A stretch of DNA of 64,000 nt from the NCBI RefSeq assembly GCF_006345805.1, contig NC_043016.1:23002001-23066000 (forward strand), read 5' to 3'. The notes beneath the pieces are model-generated. The model had not been told where the DNA came from, ran no database searches, and was given only the letters and a program-made list of their open reading frames with translations. Made by a program: the position numbers and the translations under genes. This document shows positions 24,861-40,637 of this stretch, piece after piece. Each line of letters opens with the position of its first letter. Within the stretch, counting starts at the first letter, position 1. Origin of the DNA: Octopus sinensis. Lineage: Eukaryota.

Positions 24861-27800
24861 TCCAGTCTTAACCCTTTAGCATTCAAATTAGTTTGTCAAA
24901 TGTAATGCTTATTTATTCACATTGTTTTGAATTAATCATGATTTATTTCAAAGCTTTGAGATTCCGATTTGGGGATTGTTTACTTTTTGTATGACATTGT
25001 AGGATGAGTGTGAGAGATCTTATTTCACTGGTTTGAACGTAAAACAAATAGAAAATTTTAGCTTGCAGTTTAAATGCTAAACTGCCTCTGTGATGGTTTC
25101 TAGGATTATGATGAATAGAAAAGTACTGAGGACCAAACCTTGACAGACTTCTACCTTTGCACTAAATTTGTCACTGAAATCATTGGTGACTCTCACTTTA
25201 TTTTGTATTTTTATACATAACTAGTACTCAATAGGCTTTGTGCAGTTTCTGTCTACCAAATTCACTCACACATTGGTCGGCCTGGAGATTACAATAGAAG
25301 ATACTTGCCTAAGTGCTATGTAGTGGTACTGCAAGGGAATTTTTTTAACCACATGACGTACACATCTGGAAGCAATAATGTCAAGTAAGATTTAATTCAT
25401 TCAAAAACTTTCAAGAAACTTACTGCAGAATTTTAAATGTTTTTTTTTTTAAAACAAAGAAACTAAATTGATGGATTTTAAAGAATAATATAATGGATGA
25501 GAAAAATGACAGATTCTAAATGTTGGAATAAATTGTGAAGAAGGTGAGTTGATGAGAAAGAAACAAGTCCCATGACAGTTTTTACAGAATAGGGAGAGAA
25601 TTGGTAACACTGATTTAATTATCTCCAATGAGTTAAACACTGGAATCATGATGCAACTGGTAATGTTGAAAATGCATATGCTACAAGAGAAAATTATTTT
25701 AAAACCAACAATAAAATCACACTCTACTAACATTGAAAAGCATAAAATATATATGAAAGTGGTTAAGAATCATCTTGTCTGAGTATTGAATGCTAAAGCA
25801 TTTTGCATTACAATCAGAGATGTAGATGGAATTCTAAAAATCTTTTTATCTTTTGTTTCAGTGTTTGAACTGTGACTATTTGGTCAAACAAACCAAGACT
25901 TCTTACAGCTAAATTTACAGGGATATAAAGAAATCAACAATGGGCAAACACAATATATATATGTGTGTGTGTGTGTGTATACAACAGTCTTCCACTCAAT
26001 TTCCATCTACAAAGTTCACTCACAAGCCACTAGTCAGTCTGGGGTAATAATAGAAAACACTTGCCCAAATTGCCACACTGGGACTGAACCCATAACTATG
26101 TGGTTACAAGGTGAGATTCTTGACCACACAGCCATACCTGTTTATTTTCACGCAGTTCTGTGCAAAATATGTATTTTGGTTAGACTTCTGCTTTCAAATT
26201 ACAAACTTGTGCATTAACTTTGGAGATAGAAATCAATAACACAGCCAAACGTCCCCTTTGAATGTGTATCATTTGTTAACATGCACCATTCTTGCACTGA
26301 CTGTTTTAAATGCTTGTTTAATTGCAAGCAGACACTCTACCTGTTTACTGTTAAAACTGGCCATTCACACCTATCCTGCAACGTCATTTCAAAAATAAAC
26401 AATCCCACCATTGGAATCACGATGCTATGACATAATGCATGATTAATTCAAAACAATGTGAATAAATAAGCATTATATTTGATACAGTAATTTAAATACT
26501 CAGGTTTAAACCCAATGCTACAATGAGAATGTAACAAAAGAAGGGTGAGAAGGTTGTACCTGCAGTTGGCTGAAACTCATAGCTAAATACACTGGAGCAA
26601 TTGCAAATGAAGTGCTTTGCTCAAGGACAATGCATTGTCCAATTCAGTAATTGAACCCATGATGTTATGATCACGAGCCAAACGCATTAACCATTCATGC
26701 TCACCTAAATGTTATCATCATCATCATTGTTTAACATCCGTTTTCCATGCTAGCATGGGTTGGACGGTTCGACCAGGGTCTGGGAAACCAGGAGAAATAT
26801 TTTTTACTGCATGTACAGCAAGTCAATTTCTGTTATCTTTAGATCTTGCAGTATTTTAATCTATCTTCCACCAAGAAATTCAACCTATTTGATATCAACC
26901 CAAGACCACTTTTGGTTCTACGATACAAACTTACTGTTTTAAAGTGGTTTAAAGTAAAACCTTCCATCAAAAATTTCATGCATATTTTCCAAACACTAGC
27001 TTAAAACAATTCAAGTTACTTTTCTATTATCTTCGTAGTTAATAAAAAACCAAGGCAGTGTTATTTCAACAGAAATATTGTAACAAGAGAAAAGGATACT
27101 AAAGCAAAGCCTTAACCTGAAATTTTGATAATTTTTTTTATAGCACTTGTATATTGCATAAAGACCAAACATTTATTGTAAAATGTTTCCTATGACATTT
27201 TACTTTTCTATTAATAGAAGATAAACAGTTGCCCTCTGTGACAATTACAATAAATAAAGACTTAAAGGGAAAACATGAGCACAGAAGATTGGAAACAAAG
27301 GAATGTGAAGAACTTCAATTATTTGGAAGACTAAAAACTGAGAGAACAGGATAAAGAAGCTGCCTCAAAGATTGTGAAAAGTAGTGGAACAAAATGGGAC
27401 ATATGTAGTTCAATAATGGTATGTCCCAACCTAATACATATGTATATTGTTGACTTCATAAGAATTTATAAACTTTGAGAGAATGTGAAAAAAGTTTTTG
27501 GAAAAGTGAATCTTGAAGCAGACAAAACTATAACATGTAAATATTGTTAAAAATTCCTCTGGATAAAACCCACATCTCCTGTAAATATGGCGAGTGTTCT
27601 ACCATTGTACCAAAGAAATCCTTTGAATTTCTCTATCAGTTTAAAAATATCTATTCTTTCTTGTGAGAATTGTATGTTGTTCACATGATGTCAAGAATTT
27701 ACAAACTCCAAGAACTGAAATAATTCTTTTTTGTAACAGTGGATCTCAAAGCAGAAATGCCTGTCATTTATACAGGAAATGTGAGTGCGAGTTTGACAAG

Positions 27801-30800
27801 TAACCTTTAACTTTTCTATTCAGAGGATTTTTAACCCAATATCTAGCTTTGTCTGCTTCAAGAACAATCATTCCAAAGATGGAATGATAAACACACTGAT
27901 TTCGGAAATATAATTCTAGAGAAAAGATTTTTTATACATCCCTCTGATCAGGTAAGGTCCAATTAGTACACCCTAAATGCCTAGTGGAGAAACCAGCTGA
28001 GTACAGCAGCCCAATGTTGAGCAAAATCACCAAAGACCACCTTCCAGGTGATTTACTCTCAGGTATTATGGTAGTTACACAACATCATGCCGTCCACCTA
28101 CTAGCTACTGATACCTAACTATGGCTGTTGCTGACCACCCTGTTGATTTCAGAAAATCACAGCAACTTCTCAACTAGCATAGCTTAAGACGCATACCAAT
28201 TTTCAAGTTTTTTTTCTTTTTCCTTCTTAAGAAGTAGTATTCCATGCCATTACATCATTCTTGTGAGTTATCTTAGAACAGAAACCAAAAGTTTCAGCAT
28301 ACAAACTCCCAGTAACTGTTTGCCATTGACATATCAAGAACAACATTGTAATAGAAATAAAGAAAAAACAAACAAAAATAGATTTCATTTGAAAATATTT
28401 TAATTGCCTCAGGAATTCACATATTTGAAAACTACATTTTACCATTTAATTTCTTGGTTTTCGTTTTTTTTTTATTTAGAAACTTATTTTATGTTTTATT
28501 TTCTTAATTTTAATATTGAACAAGTCTGTCTTTAAATCCATGCAGTAAAAGAATACAGGTTTAGAAAAGTTGGAATAGAATACAGGCAGGGTAGTGGTGA
28601 GGGATTGTAAAGCAAGAATATGAAAATAGGAAATATATTAAGTGATGAATCATGGATAAAACCTCCCCACATCACCCCCAGTGTATTACTGTTGGTTTTT
28701 TTTTTGTTTCCTTTATTCATAATGTATTTGATTAATATGTGCTTCTCCACAAATATATTTGGAGGATGATAGCAATAATAAAAAAAAAAACCTGCAGAGA
28801 CTCCCTATCATAAGCAACATCCTTCAATATTATTGTTGTAGATTGTTGACCAATACTTAATTTTGTTCAAAATTAAATTTGTTGTTAAATATTCTTTCAA
28901 AAATAGGTAAAAGGAACAGAACAGATGAATGTGATAACTTTAGTTGGAACTTTCTCAAACAAGTTTAAAGAATAGGAAGAGGATAACTCACAAAGTCAAC
29001 CTCAGATTCTATTATAAATATTCAAAGTCACTCACAAATTTTGGCTTCCACAGATTTTAAAAAAATCTTTGATAACAGTATTACAAGCCAGCCAGGCAGA
29101 TTAACAAAGAAAATATTGTTTGAGCTTTATGTGTTTGTGTGTAAGAGCATTTATGTGTATGATTGCTAAGAGGTAGATAATTTTGTAAAAATTGTTAAAA
29201 TGCAACAGTGTGTATATTAAATGTAATATCAATTACTGTGTATTTATGTACGGATTTATCACATCAAGTTGTGGTGAGAAAATATGATGCATTTATTTTT
29301 TGATGACAAAAAGAAAAGGGGAAAGTTCAAAATATTTGTGTGTGTGTGTGTGTATGAGTGATAGGAATATTTCCAGAAAAATTCAATCATTCTGAACGCA
29401 ATAAGAACTGTCAATATAACAGATGTATAAATGTATTCTTCCACCCCAACCACCCTGAATTTTTATTTTGTATATTTGTTCATGAACTGTTGTGTGAATA
29501 CAGCTAATGGTAGTTCCTGTATCAACTAAATTAATGGCTATGGAAACTACTTTACAACTTGTTGGAACAATGTATATTGCCAGCCCAAAGAGGTAATTAA
29601 CAATAGCTGGATCATGCCCTCTCATCTTTGTTTTGATGTGATGGTGGTCAATGCATTGTGAAGAAAATCCTACATATTAGCCATCAAAGTGTTTTATCTT
29701 ATATTCTATTGACCTATCATCATGTCTCATTTAAATTTTCACCAGCAGAAACCAGAATGTCTTTTGCTCTCAAACAGCCAGAATACCAGCTATGAAAACA
29801 ATATGACATTGTTAGTACAAGAAAAAAAGCTCAATGTTAAGTAAAAGTTAAAAAGTTACTACATTTAAAAGCTACCACTTTCAACCAGATATACTGAGAC
29901 TTATTAGAGAATTATTTTGCGATTGTTGTGATGATAGACATTAACACCCGTGTGATTACAAGCTGAACTCCTTGAACTCTTATAAACTCTTATAAAGAGT
30001 AACTTCATCTTTTGAGATGACAGAGGGCATTTGGAGTCTCATGTAGCAGCAGTCAAAGTACATCATGTGAATACATTGCTTTACCTCTGCTTTATTAAAT
30101 CATATATTGAAACGCAAGGCTATAAAAAGCATCCAATGCTAAAAGTTCATGACAGACATTCCTAAGGATTTTGTATTACAAATAATGCCAAAGAACTGCA
30201 GAGATATCTTAAAATCTAAACATTATACCCATCTATACAACAATTTGAGGTTAAGCAGAGGAACACACTACCAACAGGACTTGAATCAAGTAATTCAGTA
30301 TTTGCCATACCGACATGCAACTGACTGAATATATACCACACTACTGAGGTTGTGCTTCCATTTTTGTTATGTTATCTAGAATGTGACAAGGAAATATTTT
30401 ACTTAGACTAACATCACTCATCAGCCATCTAGCACCTACAAATTAAGTCATTTTTACAGATTAAGCCATTTCTACCAGTATCTAGTATAGCAAGCTGTTG
30501 ATCAAAGTTGGGACCAAGAATTATCAATATGCATGTATAAATTCAGTTAAAAAACAAAAGGTTGAACATTTCTATGCTATATTTGTCGTGAGAGAAAAGG
30601 ACACACACTCAAGTTAGTGTAATTGTTACTGTCATTGACCAGCAAATAATGATAGACATGATTCAAGCAATGTGAATTTCTTGTTTCTTTTTTTCAAAGT
30701 CAAATTAGTGTCTATATAGGTGTAATGATTACTCTTGTTTACAGAAGTTTAGACACTATAAAGGAATATTTATATAATTGTTTCTAACGTTTTAGGAGAG

Positions 30801-31684
30801 GAGGGAGGAAACAGTCCAGTCCATTATATCAACCCCTTGAACTTGATTGGTACTTTCTGATTTAGCAGGTGAGAGAGTCAAAGTTGACCTCGACAGGATT
30901 TGAACTCAGAATGCAAAGAGCAGGACAAACACTGCAAGACATTAATATTATATGCCCGATGCTCTAACAATCCAGCCAGTCCACCATCCTTATATGAATT
31001 ATAATATAATATATAAACATATTACACATTACATGCACTAACGCTAGACTAACAAATGAGTAAATATATTAAACTTTTCAAAATGGCCAAGAAAAAAAAA
31101 AACAACAAAAAAACTATAAAATCTCAACCATTTTGATTATATATCTAAACAAAACCGTTCATTGTTGAACACAAGAGAATTCTGAGATATTATATATCTA
31201 TTTCACCTAAACTGTTCGCTAAACCTAAAATTATACTATATATATATGTATATATATATATATGAGAAATATAACACAATTCAAACAACTAATGAGAATT
31301 AAAGGAAAAAGAGTTTAACCTCCCTACAGTTTTCTCAAACACTCCATTTTATGTAACACGTTTTCAACACACCCAATAAATTTAATTTCTATTATCTCTC
31401 TATCTGTGTTGTATATTTATATTTCATTTTCATTACTTTACGGAAAAAGCTAAAAAAAAAATGGAATAATGATAAAGAAATAGATAAATATACAATGCAA
31501 ACAGGGAGAGAAAATGAGATTTCACTCTAAAACTAAGTAGTGATTTCCCTTTTTTTTTCTTCCCTTTTCTTAAAAAAAAAAAAAAAATCATGAAAAAGTA
31601 TTGCTCTGATACATGGTATAGGGGAAAATAATGACAAAAGTAATTTTGAAAAGGTACTAAATTTTGCAAGGAAGGTAGCAGCAG

Positions 31685-31831
<147 letters not shown>

Positions 31832-32088
31832 TCAGAAACAAATGATAATGTATAAACTTTACGATCTTAATTAAAAAGAAACCTGACTGGGATACAAATA
31901 GAACTTAGAAAGCAGATATACCAGACATTTACCATCTTCTATGAGTATGTATGCGATTTTCTTTAATCTTCAACATAAGGTTAATTATTTATCTCCAAGT
32001 TAGTCCCGTTTGAGCAAAGCTACTCAGTATTTTCTATTTTCTTTTTAAGCATGGTGCACCCAGACATTATTCAGGGTCCTTGCTTTAA

Positions 32089-32296
32089 CCCTTTAGCAAT
32101 TCTAAACCAGTCATACCATGCCAAAATATTCAACCCGTTTTATGTTCAAACCAACCAGATCCAGCCTCTCATATCTCCCTTACAATTTCATTCTAAAAAA
32201 TAAATCACATCATTGGAATTTTGAAGCTACAAGACCAATTTGTAATTAATCCAAAACAATGTGAATAAATAAACAAGTAATCCGAATGCTAAAGTG
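32089..32296. mobile_element. piggyBac-type MITE; other copies at 40031-40242, 48719-48924, about 24870-25080, 26340-26510 and 51760-51890
   Basis: TTAA|CCCTTTAG...CTAAAGGG|TTAA termini and a shared ttattcacattgttttgaattaatc core. Confidence 0.8.
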
Positions 32297-34708
32297 TTAA
32301 TCTTTTTGTTACGATATTCCTTGTTGAGTGGGACACAATTTCAAAATTTAGTTGCTGTTCCTTTGGACAACATGATTACATATTGACTCCCAAGTCCAGA
32401 ATCGTTACGCTCAATCACATGAGATTCACCAACACCTACTCTCTACTATCCACAATGAATCAGATCACAACATACGCAATGAAGATGATATATTTCCAAA
32501 CAACATTTTAATTTAAATCAATTTAAATTTTATTCACAATAAATTTTCTCAAAAATATTCATATATAAATTACTTTTAATGAATTAAAATAGAGAAAAAT
32601 TGAATGAATTAAAATCCTTTAATGAAGAGAATTCAATATTTATGTCAACAAGTTTAAGTTAACTCCAGATCAAAATCCTAAACTTTACTACTATTTAATA
32701 ATCTAGGATGGCATCATCAGTGCTTTGCCTGTAGTGTTGGACAATTTTAAAATATAGGAAACAATTTTATTAGCATGACTATCTTCCCTTCTTTAATCAA
32801 CCAAACCCCACAAGTGATGCTTACAAGCATCACTTCTGAATTTGTCCTAGGGTTCCAGTCATCTGGGAGCCAACATATTAAGGGATCATACATAGCAACC
32901 ATCTCTTATGTATACAAACATGACTAAATATTTCAGTACACATGATAAGCATTTGTAGACTCTTAATATGCTTTCATGTGCTGCAAAGATTGGAAGTATG
33001 TATTTTAGTGCCTCACAAACCTAACCAATAAGCAAGACAATTATCAAATTTCATTGAAAATATAAAACAAAATGGAAGTGTCTCTACTGAAGAGGTAATT
33101 TAGCTTTTATTATGTAGTCTTAATTTGGCTAAAACTTCTGACAAACCAAATGGAATTGTTAGATAATCACTTGTCTCTATAAAATTATGAACCCTAATAG
33201 CAGGTAATGAAGCCTTTTTATGTTCCATGTAGCAGCTAAACCTCTTTCAGCAAATACCATACTGTCTATGAAATGACAGACCAATCACATCAGCTAGGTA
33301 TGGTGCCATGAAGCCATAAACCTTAGGACATTTCTTTTTTGTTATGTCAAAAACATTGGATAAATACAATTTGTATTTACATCTCTAGGATATTCCATCT
33401 GTTGATTGTGCTTTGTTGAGGTTGTTATTGGGGGAAGGAACAGGCAACTGCTTCAGAGACAAAGAAAGCTATATTTTTGCTCATAAATATAAACTTTATC
33501 CTAGAGATCATAGCAATTTAAACAAAGATATAAAAAAAAATTACAATTTGTACAAGTGACATTGGAAATTATTTTACTTTAAAAACTGAAATAGAGAAAA
33601 GCATATATATATATATGTGTGTGTGTAAATAAAAAAATAAAGTGCTTGTATTTAGCAAACATTCTGCTCTGTTAGTAAATATTAAATGACTTTTTGAAAT
33701 ATTTAGAAATGCAATTGTGTCAATTGAAGCAGCAATACTGAAAATTTTGAATAGAAATCAAAAAGACAATGAGTCTACAAAATGGATTTTATTGATTAAA
33801 AATTGAGGGAAAGGCACCAAGAGAGAGAAAGAAAAAGGGGGAAAATCATCAAAATACATGTTGACTTTAGAGCTCTAGAAGGAAGGGTCAACCTGTACCC
33901 TTTGACATCAAACTGATTTCTTGGACAAGAAACATTATTACTGATTCTCCTGTAACAGATATTATTTTGTTAGCACTTTCATAATTTAGGTAGGTACCAT
34001 GTTCATGGTTTGTAAATCTCTCCCCCCAATACCAATATAATAAAACATTACATGCATGGCAATATTTAAATATATGAGAGTCACAAATTTAATGACTAAC
34101 AATGTAAGCCTACACAAAAACTGAAGGACCAAAGTACTGCATATAACATTACTGTCACAGAAAGCTTTTAATTACCAGTTCAATTAAATGGTTAATGCTC
34201 CCCAGATGCCATGTCAGTTTAAAATCTGAATTATATGCTGGCTTTCACACCAGATAAAAGTAATAAATATGTACAACTCCCACTCATAACAGAATGGAGA
34301 TTATACTTGAAACCCTCAACATTAACTCTTACAATATCATGATTATATATAATCAATATTTTTATGTGTCCAGGAAACCTTTTTTGAGTAGCAGGCTCCA
34401 TGAATCATGGATTATCATCAGGTGGGCTACACTACTACAAAAAATGATAAATTTTTCATGAGGTTTGCCATTCAGAAAATCCCATGACTGGTTTAAACAA
34501 AACTTCCTGACATGGATTTTCTATCATTTTTCTTGTCACTAGTCAGTATCTGATTTTCAAATAAAGTACTACCATTTCACTAGTTCATACATATTGAAAG
34601 TGAAGCTCAAACTACAGGACTACTTTACTAGAGAATGTAAAAAATAACTTTACTCATGAAGTTGGTTCCTGATAACAATGATATTCACACACACACATAT
34701 ATATATAT

Positions 34709-35511
34709 ATGGTCTGATCAATAAGTATCCAAAGCTACACCACACAGAGTGAAGCCGCTTGGCACATATTGACCTCAATCTCTACTGTGCGCTAAGTTTT
34801 AACATTCTTGCTCACTTCTGCAGTTTACAGCAGTGATTCAAAGTAATGTGTTATTGTCCCATTGACTATGACAGAGAAAGTTGTCATGGCAATATCTGCT
34901 CAGAGGCCTACACAAAGTTGCAGAAAGTGTATGAGCTGCACACAAGGGTATGAGTGGGTCAGACGTTTCCAAGATAGCTGAGAAAATGTTGATAGTGACG
35001 AACGTTCTGGGAGATCCGCAACCAGCAGAACTGAGAAAAACATTACAGATGTGTGTGCAGCTGTGAGGGGAAATTGTCAAATCACCATCCAAGAGTTATC
35101 AGAGTATGTGCAGATTAGTTACAGTTCAGTTCAGTTCAGTCCATTATCACTGAAGATTTGGGTATGAGATGTGTGTCTGCCAAGCTTGTGCCAAAACTGC
35201 TTTCAGCTGACCAAAAGGACACTTAAATTTCAGTTGCACAAAATCTTGTCAAGAACAATGAAAACTTTGTGTAGGCTTCTGAGCAGGTATCACCATTTTT
35301 TGGTAAAATTTGATGCAGATTTTCTGTCATGGCCACATGCTACACAGATTACTTTTAAGAACTGCTTTAAACAGTGGAAGTGAACTAGAACATTAAAACT
35401 TAGTGTGAATGCACACCAGAGTTCAAGGTTAATCTGTGCCAAGTGGCTTTACTATGCATGCTTTAGTTTCATTACTATAGCAACAGTCCAGCTGTTTATT
35501 GATCAGACCAC
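34709..35511 (+). mobile_element. Internally deleted mariner element
   Basis: TIR ggtctgatcaataa / ttattgatcagacc; YEWVRRF..DERSGR..EDLGMRCVSAKLVPKLLS remnant. Confidence 0.82.
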
Positions 35512-35521
35512 ACACACATAT

Positions 35522-35575
<54 letters not shown>

Positions 35576-35789
35576 GTATACACACACACACTCAAATTTA
35601 TATAACAGCGAGGCACAATATGCTACCATAAAGGCAAAATATAATCATCACTGAATGTGATTAAGGCTGTCAAGACACCTACATTTCTAGAAATAAAAGT
35701 TAAAATGCTCTTAATGTTGTAGGAAAAGCAAATATGTAAACGTTTATGCTGATAAGCTACAATCGCCCCAAATACTGGTTGAAGAATTC

Positions 35790-36275
35790 TTTATCATTAT
35801 CATCATTTAGCATTCATTGTCCATCCTGGCATAGGTTGGATGGTTTGACTAGGGCTGGCAAGCTGAGGGGCTGCACCAGACTCCAGTCTGATTTGGCATG
35901 GTTTCTATGGCTGGATGCCCTTCCACTCTGAAAGTGTAATGGGTGCTTTTATGTGCCAGTTACGTTACACTGGCATTGCTCACATTGCCTCTGTAAGGCC
36001 CAATGCTCAAATGATGCTTTAAATGTGCCAGATACATGATGCGAGCATCAGCCATGACTACAATTTCACTTGGCTTGATGGGTCTTCTGAAGCACAGCAT
36101 ATCACCAAAAGTTATCAGCCACTAGTCATTGCCTCCAAGAGGCCCAACATTTGAAGATCGTGCTCCACCACCTTGTCCCATGTCTTCCTGGGTCTACCTC
36201 TATCACAGATTCCCTCCACAGAGATCAGCACTTCTTTACACAGCTGTCTTCATCCATATGCATCACATGACCATA
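35790..36275 (-). mobile_element. RTE LINE 3' end remnant
   Basis: Reverse strand encodes an RGRPRKTWD-like C-terminus and the shared SINE/RTE tail. Confidence 0.7.
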
Positions 36276-39200
36276 CCTCTCTCTCTATATATATATATAT
36301 ATAATGTAGTGAAGGCAGATGGCTCAGTGGTTAGGGTGTCATGCTTATAATTGTGAAGTTGTGTGCTCAATTCCCGGACTGGGCTGTGTGTTGTGTTCTT
36401 GAGCAAAATTCTTTATTTCATGCTGCTCCAGTTCATTCAGCTGTAGAAACAAGTTGTAACATCATTGGTGCCAAGCTGTATCAGCCTTTGCCTTTCCTTT
36501 GGATAACATCAGAGGTTTGGAAAAGGTTGGCTGGTATGCATGGGTGATTGCTGGTCTTCCATAAAAAATCTTGCCTGGACTTGTGCCTCGAAGGAGAGCT
36601 TTCTAGGTGCAATCCCAAGGTCATTCATGACTGAAGGGGGTCTTTACTCTTTATACAGTGTACAATAGACTTTCTCTCAGTTTCTGTGTACTAATTCAAC
36701 TTAATATGGTATTGTTCTGCTTGAAGCTGCGGCCAAAGACACCATGCAGGGGGGACCTAACCTAAAATGTTGAGGCTATAAACATAGCCATGCTTGCCTG
36801 TGCACAGACACACACACACACACACACAAACACACCAGTTTTGCAATATATATTAAGGTATTTCAGTGCTACTCATGTTAAATAATAATTTTATTTGTTG
36901 TTTATGGTAGTTTCTTTCTTTCATTTAATACCAATCTTCCAAAAGTCGCCAGCTCTGTCTGGCCCCGTGTCGGTGGCACGTAAAAGCACCATCCGTTCGT
37001 GTCCGTTGCCAGCATCGCATGGCCCCGTGCCGGTGACACGTAAAAGCACCATCCGTTCGCCAGCTGTCTGGCACCTGTGCAGGTGGCATGTAAAAAACAC
37101 CCACTACACTCGCGGAGTGGTTGGCGTTAGGAAGGGCATCCAGCCGTAGAAACACTGCCAGATCTGACTGGGCCTGACGAAGCCTTCCAGCTTCACAGAC
37201 CCCAGTTGACCTGTCCAACCCATGCTAGCATGGAAAGCGGACGCTAAACGATGATGATGATGTATCATTTAATTTAACCAGAGGAAGATTTCAACTACAG
37301 GACTAATTACGATAATCCTTGCAAGTTTCAATAAAAGAATCATAGGTCAGCAGCTGTAGTCAAAGGTAACAACAAACTGGTCGCAGAAAGCCCTAGTCTA
37401 AAACATATTGAGTTTTGAAAAGTTATGTTTTAGAAGTTTAAATTCATCTAAAGTGATTTTTTAATGAAATCTGGTGAGATCATAGTGTAACAGCATAAGA
37501 AAAATTACCACACCTCCACACATTTGAGATTGTCCTGTCAATGAGATTGCATATGTCCTTGATGGTACTTATCAAGGGCTTAAAGAACAAAAAGAAACAG
37601 TTGAATTGAACAAGCTTGTTGATAAATATCATTCACACATTTGAGCTGCTGTTTTGTAATTCTTTTTTTAAATTACCTATAAATACAGTAGGCAAGATAT
37701 GGCTGAGTATGCAAAAACCCTTTACAGAGCTGTAATCTGAACGTTACACACTCATATATATATATGACTAGTCAATAGAATATCAAAACAGAATGAATCA
37801 TATCAGAACCAGATAACCTGTGAGCATGCAGTTATAGTAGTCACTCATTACTCCATTTTAGTAATAAGCTCTACTTGCTCATCACTACCACTGCCACCAT
37901 ATATCCTAATGAAATACCCACAATTCAAATGGTTGTCCTATTACATGGTACCTATTTATGGCTAAAGAGACAAAGCTAGTAGTCTGAAATCCAAGACCAT
38001 CAGTATGGTTATCTAATAATGCCTAGAGTTACACTATTTCATCTCGGTATATTTATTATATGTTAAACAAACAGGAGAAAAGAGATTGTCATAGAGGCTG
38101 CCTCATTTACATGTTATCAAGAACTACTTTGGACAAAGTACAGAAATTAAATATTAAAAACACACATTAACAGTGATAAATTAAAAATATTGAATTAGTA
38201 AATTTTAATTCAGCAAAATAGAAAAAAAAACATAAAAAGACACCAATAATCAAAATTCAAATCATAATAAATGACCCTCAACAGCAAAAGGTTGACACAG
38301 TAGTAGCAGAATTAGATTGAATTTGATTAGAAGGAAAGTTTCATTTTCAAAAGCTGGTTCTTTAGATATATCCTACATCAAATGGTGTTGGTAAGGAAAA
38401 TAAAATTTTTTTGATTTGAAAAACTGTACAAAAATCCAAACCACATGCAGATAAGTATTTTTTCTTTTCTTCATAAATTTTCAATAGTAAATACAGTCCA
38501 ATACTGCTATTTAAATAATGTACCAATTTACCTGTAAGAAAGGAAACATGGTTTTTCTTAAAATCCACCAAACCCTATTAAAAGCAGACTGGTTGGGTTG
38601 TAAATATCCTTCAAATGCACCAAAATTTATCCCCAAAGCCTTTTAAGGAGTATTAAGATTATGGAAAGTTTTTATGAAATTGTAAGCAAATATAGTCTTT
38701 TTTGCCAAGACCATGTCAAAAAGATGGAAACCCTTTAGTCTCAGACAATTAACATTGGTCCACAAAAGCAAAGCAGAACAAATTACACCATAATGATTGG
38801 CACTCAGCCACAATAACAAAATACACATTCATTCTGAGCACACCAAATTATAGAAGTACTCAAAGATGACACTATACCTTGCACCCAGAAACAATGTTAT
38901 TGTCAAGCCATGCAAATAAAATAATAATTGAAATTAAATTTGAAATAAAAAAAATTTTCAATTTTAAAATCACTAATAAATTCTTGCTGAAAATAATTAT
39001 ACTCTCCCCTAGCTACCAATCAATAACAATGACAAATACACAGAAGAAACGTGTAATATACATATCATCATCAGTATTTAACGTCTGTTTTCTATACTAG
39101 CATGATTTCAACAGCTGGATGCCCTTACTAATGCCAACTACTTTATGGAGTGTGCAGGGTGTTTTTTACATGCCATCTGCACAGGTACATCTACGTAGCA

Positions 39201-39471
39201 CTGACACAAGTGTATTTTACATGGTACCAACACCTGCAAGACAAAGACCTCTCAGCTGGGAGGGGGAGTGGGAGAACAGCCATAAAGGAAATGACTATGT
39301 CTGGATGGCCACGATTTTACTTACAGAATCTGATTAAATTAAAATGTCCCATATTTTACATGTCTTCAAAGAAGCAAAGCAAGTGGCTGGTTTATTGACA
39401 GGAAACTAGCAACATTACTACTCATATCAAGAATCTTTTATAGAGGAGCAAATGTGTGTATGTATGTATAT

Positions 39472-39529
<58 letters not shown>

Positions 39530-40364
39530 GGGTGATTGAAAAGTAACCCCCCATATTATAATACTTATAAATTATTTATTAATTGTAATTTTCTTTTTTT
39601 TTTAAAGTATGAGAATTTAATCTGTGATATATTTATACCAGATTCATTACTCTGTTTGAAATTTATTGAGCTTTACAAACATCGCTAAATAACTTACCCT
39701 GCAGAAGCATGCTCAGCTAGTGGCATGTTACGAAGTTTGGAAACCTGTTGTGCAAAGATGGTGGAAGACCACTAGAGGAATACATGCCCAAGTTAACACA
39801 AAGATGATCAAGAATTGTCCCGCAAAACTCATGGCTACAGAGTCTGTAGCTTATACTTGAAGAAACAGTTACCCTTCCAAGTCCAGTGACCTAGAAACAG
39901 TACAAGCAGTTCAAGAAATGCTTATACGCAGCCCAGGAAAGTCAATTCAACAAACAGCAAGGGAAAGCGGGGCTCTCCTTTCACACAATACGAACTGTGC
40001 TCAAGAAGAAGCCTAAATGGCATGCTTTAACCCTTTAGTGTTCACATTATTCTGCCAAAATTAATCCCTTTTTTATCCACATTGTTTTGAACTAATCAAG
40101 CATTATCTTGTAGCTATGAGATTATGATGAGGTAGCTGTTAATTTTTAAAATGATATTGTAGGGTTAATGTGAGAGACCAGATCTGGCCAGTTTGAACAT
40201 AAAACAGGCAGAATACTTCTGGCCGGTTTAATTGCTAAAGGGTTAAAGCCACACTACTGCCAATCACTCTCAGCTGAAGACTGCAACATTTGCATGGAGT
40301 TTGGGGAGACTATGCTGGCTTTGTATGAAAATTGGCATCATCTCTTTAAAAATATCCTCTAGCT

Positions 40365-40637
40365 CAGTGGTTCCCAAACTTTTTGGGGTTGGTGCCTCCT
40401 TAACACCCAGGTCGCATTCCTAGCACCTCCAAGCCAACTAACCATCAAACATAGACCTGTTTCTGAAGCAAATTCAAAGCAACTGTATTTAACGAATAAA
40501 CCTTAACCTAATGAATCCATTATTTTGTTGTTTCTACATGAATTGCTACTCCATTATTGTCCCACTTTTCTTCAACACCCGCTTGGAGCTTTCCACCGTC
40601 CCCAAGGGAGCAATGCTGCCCACTTCGGGAACCACTA
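40365..40637. mobile_element. hAT-type MITE
   Basis: cagtggttcccaaac ... cttcgggaaccact termini. Confidence 0.75.
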
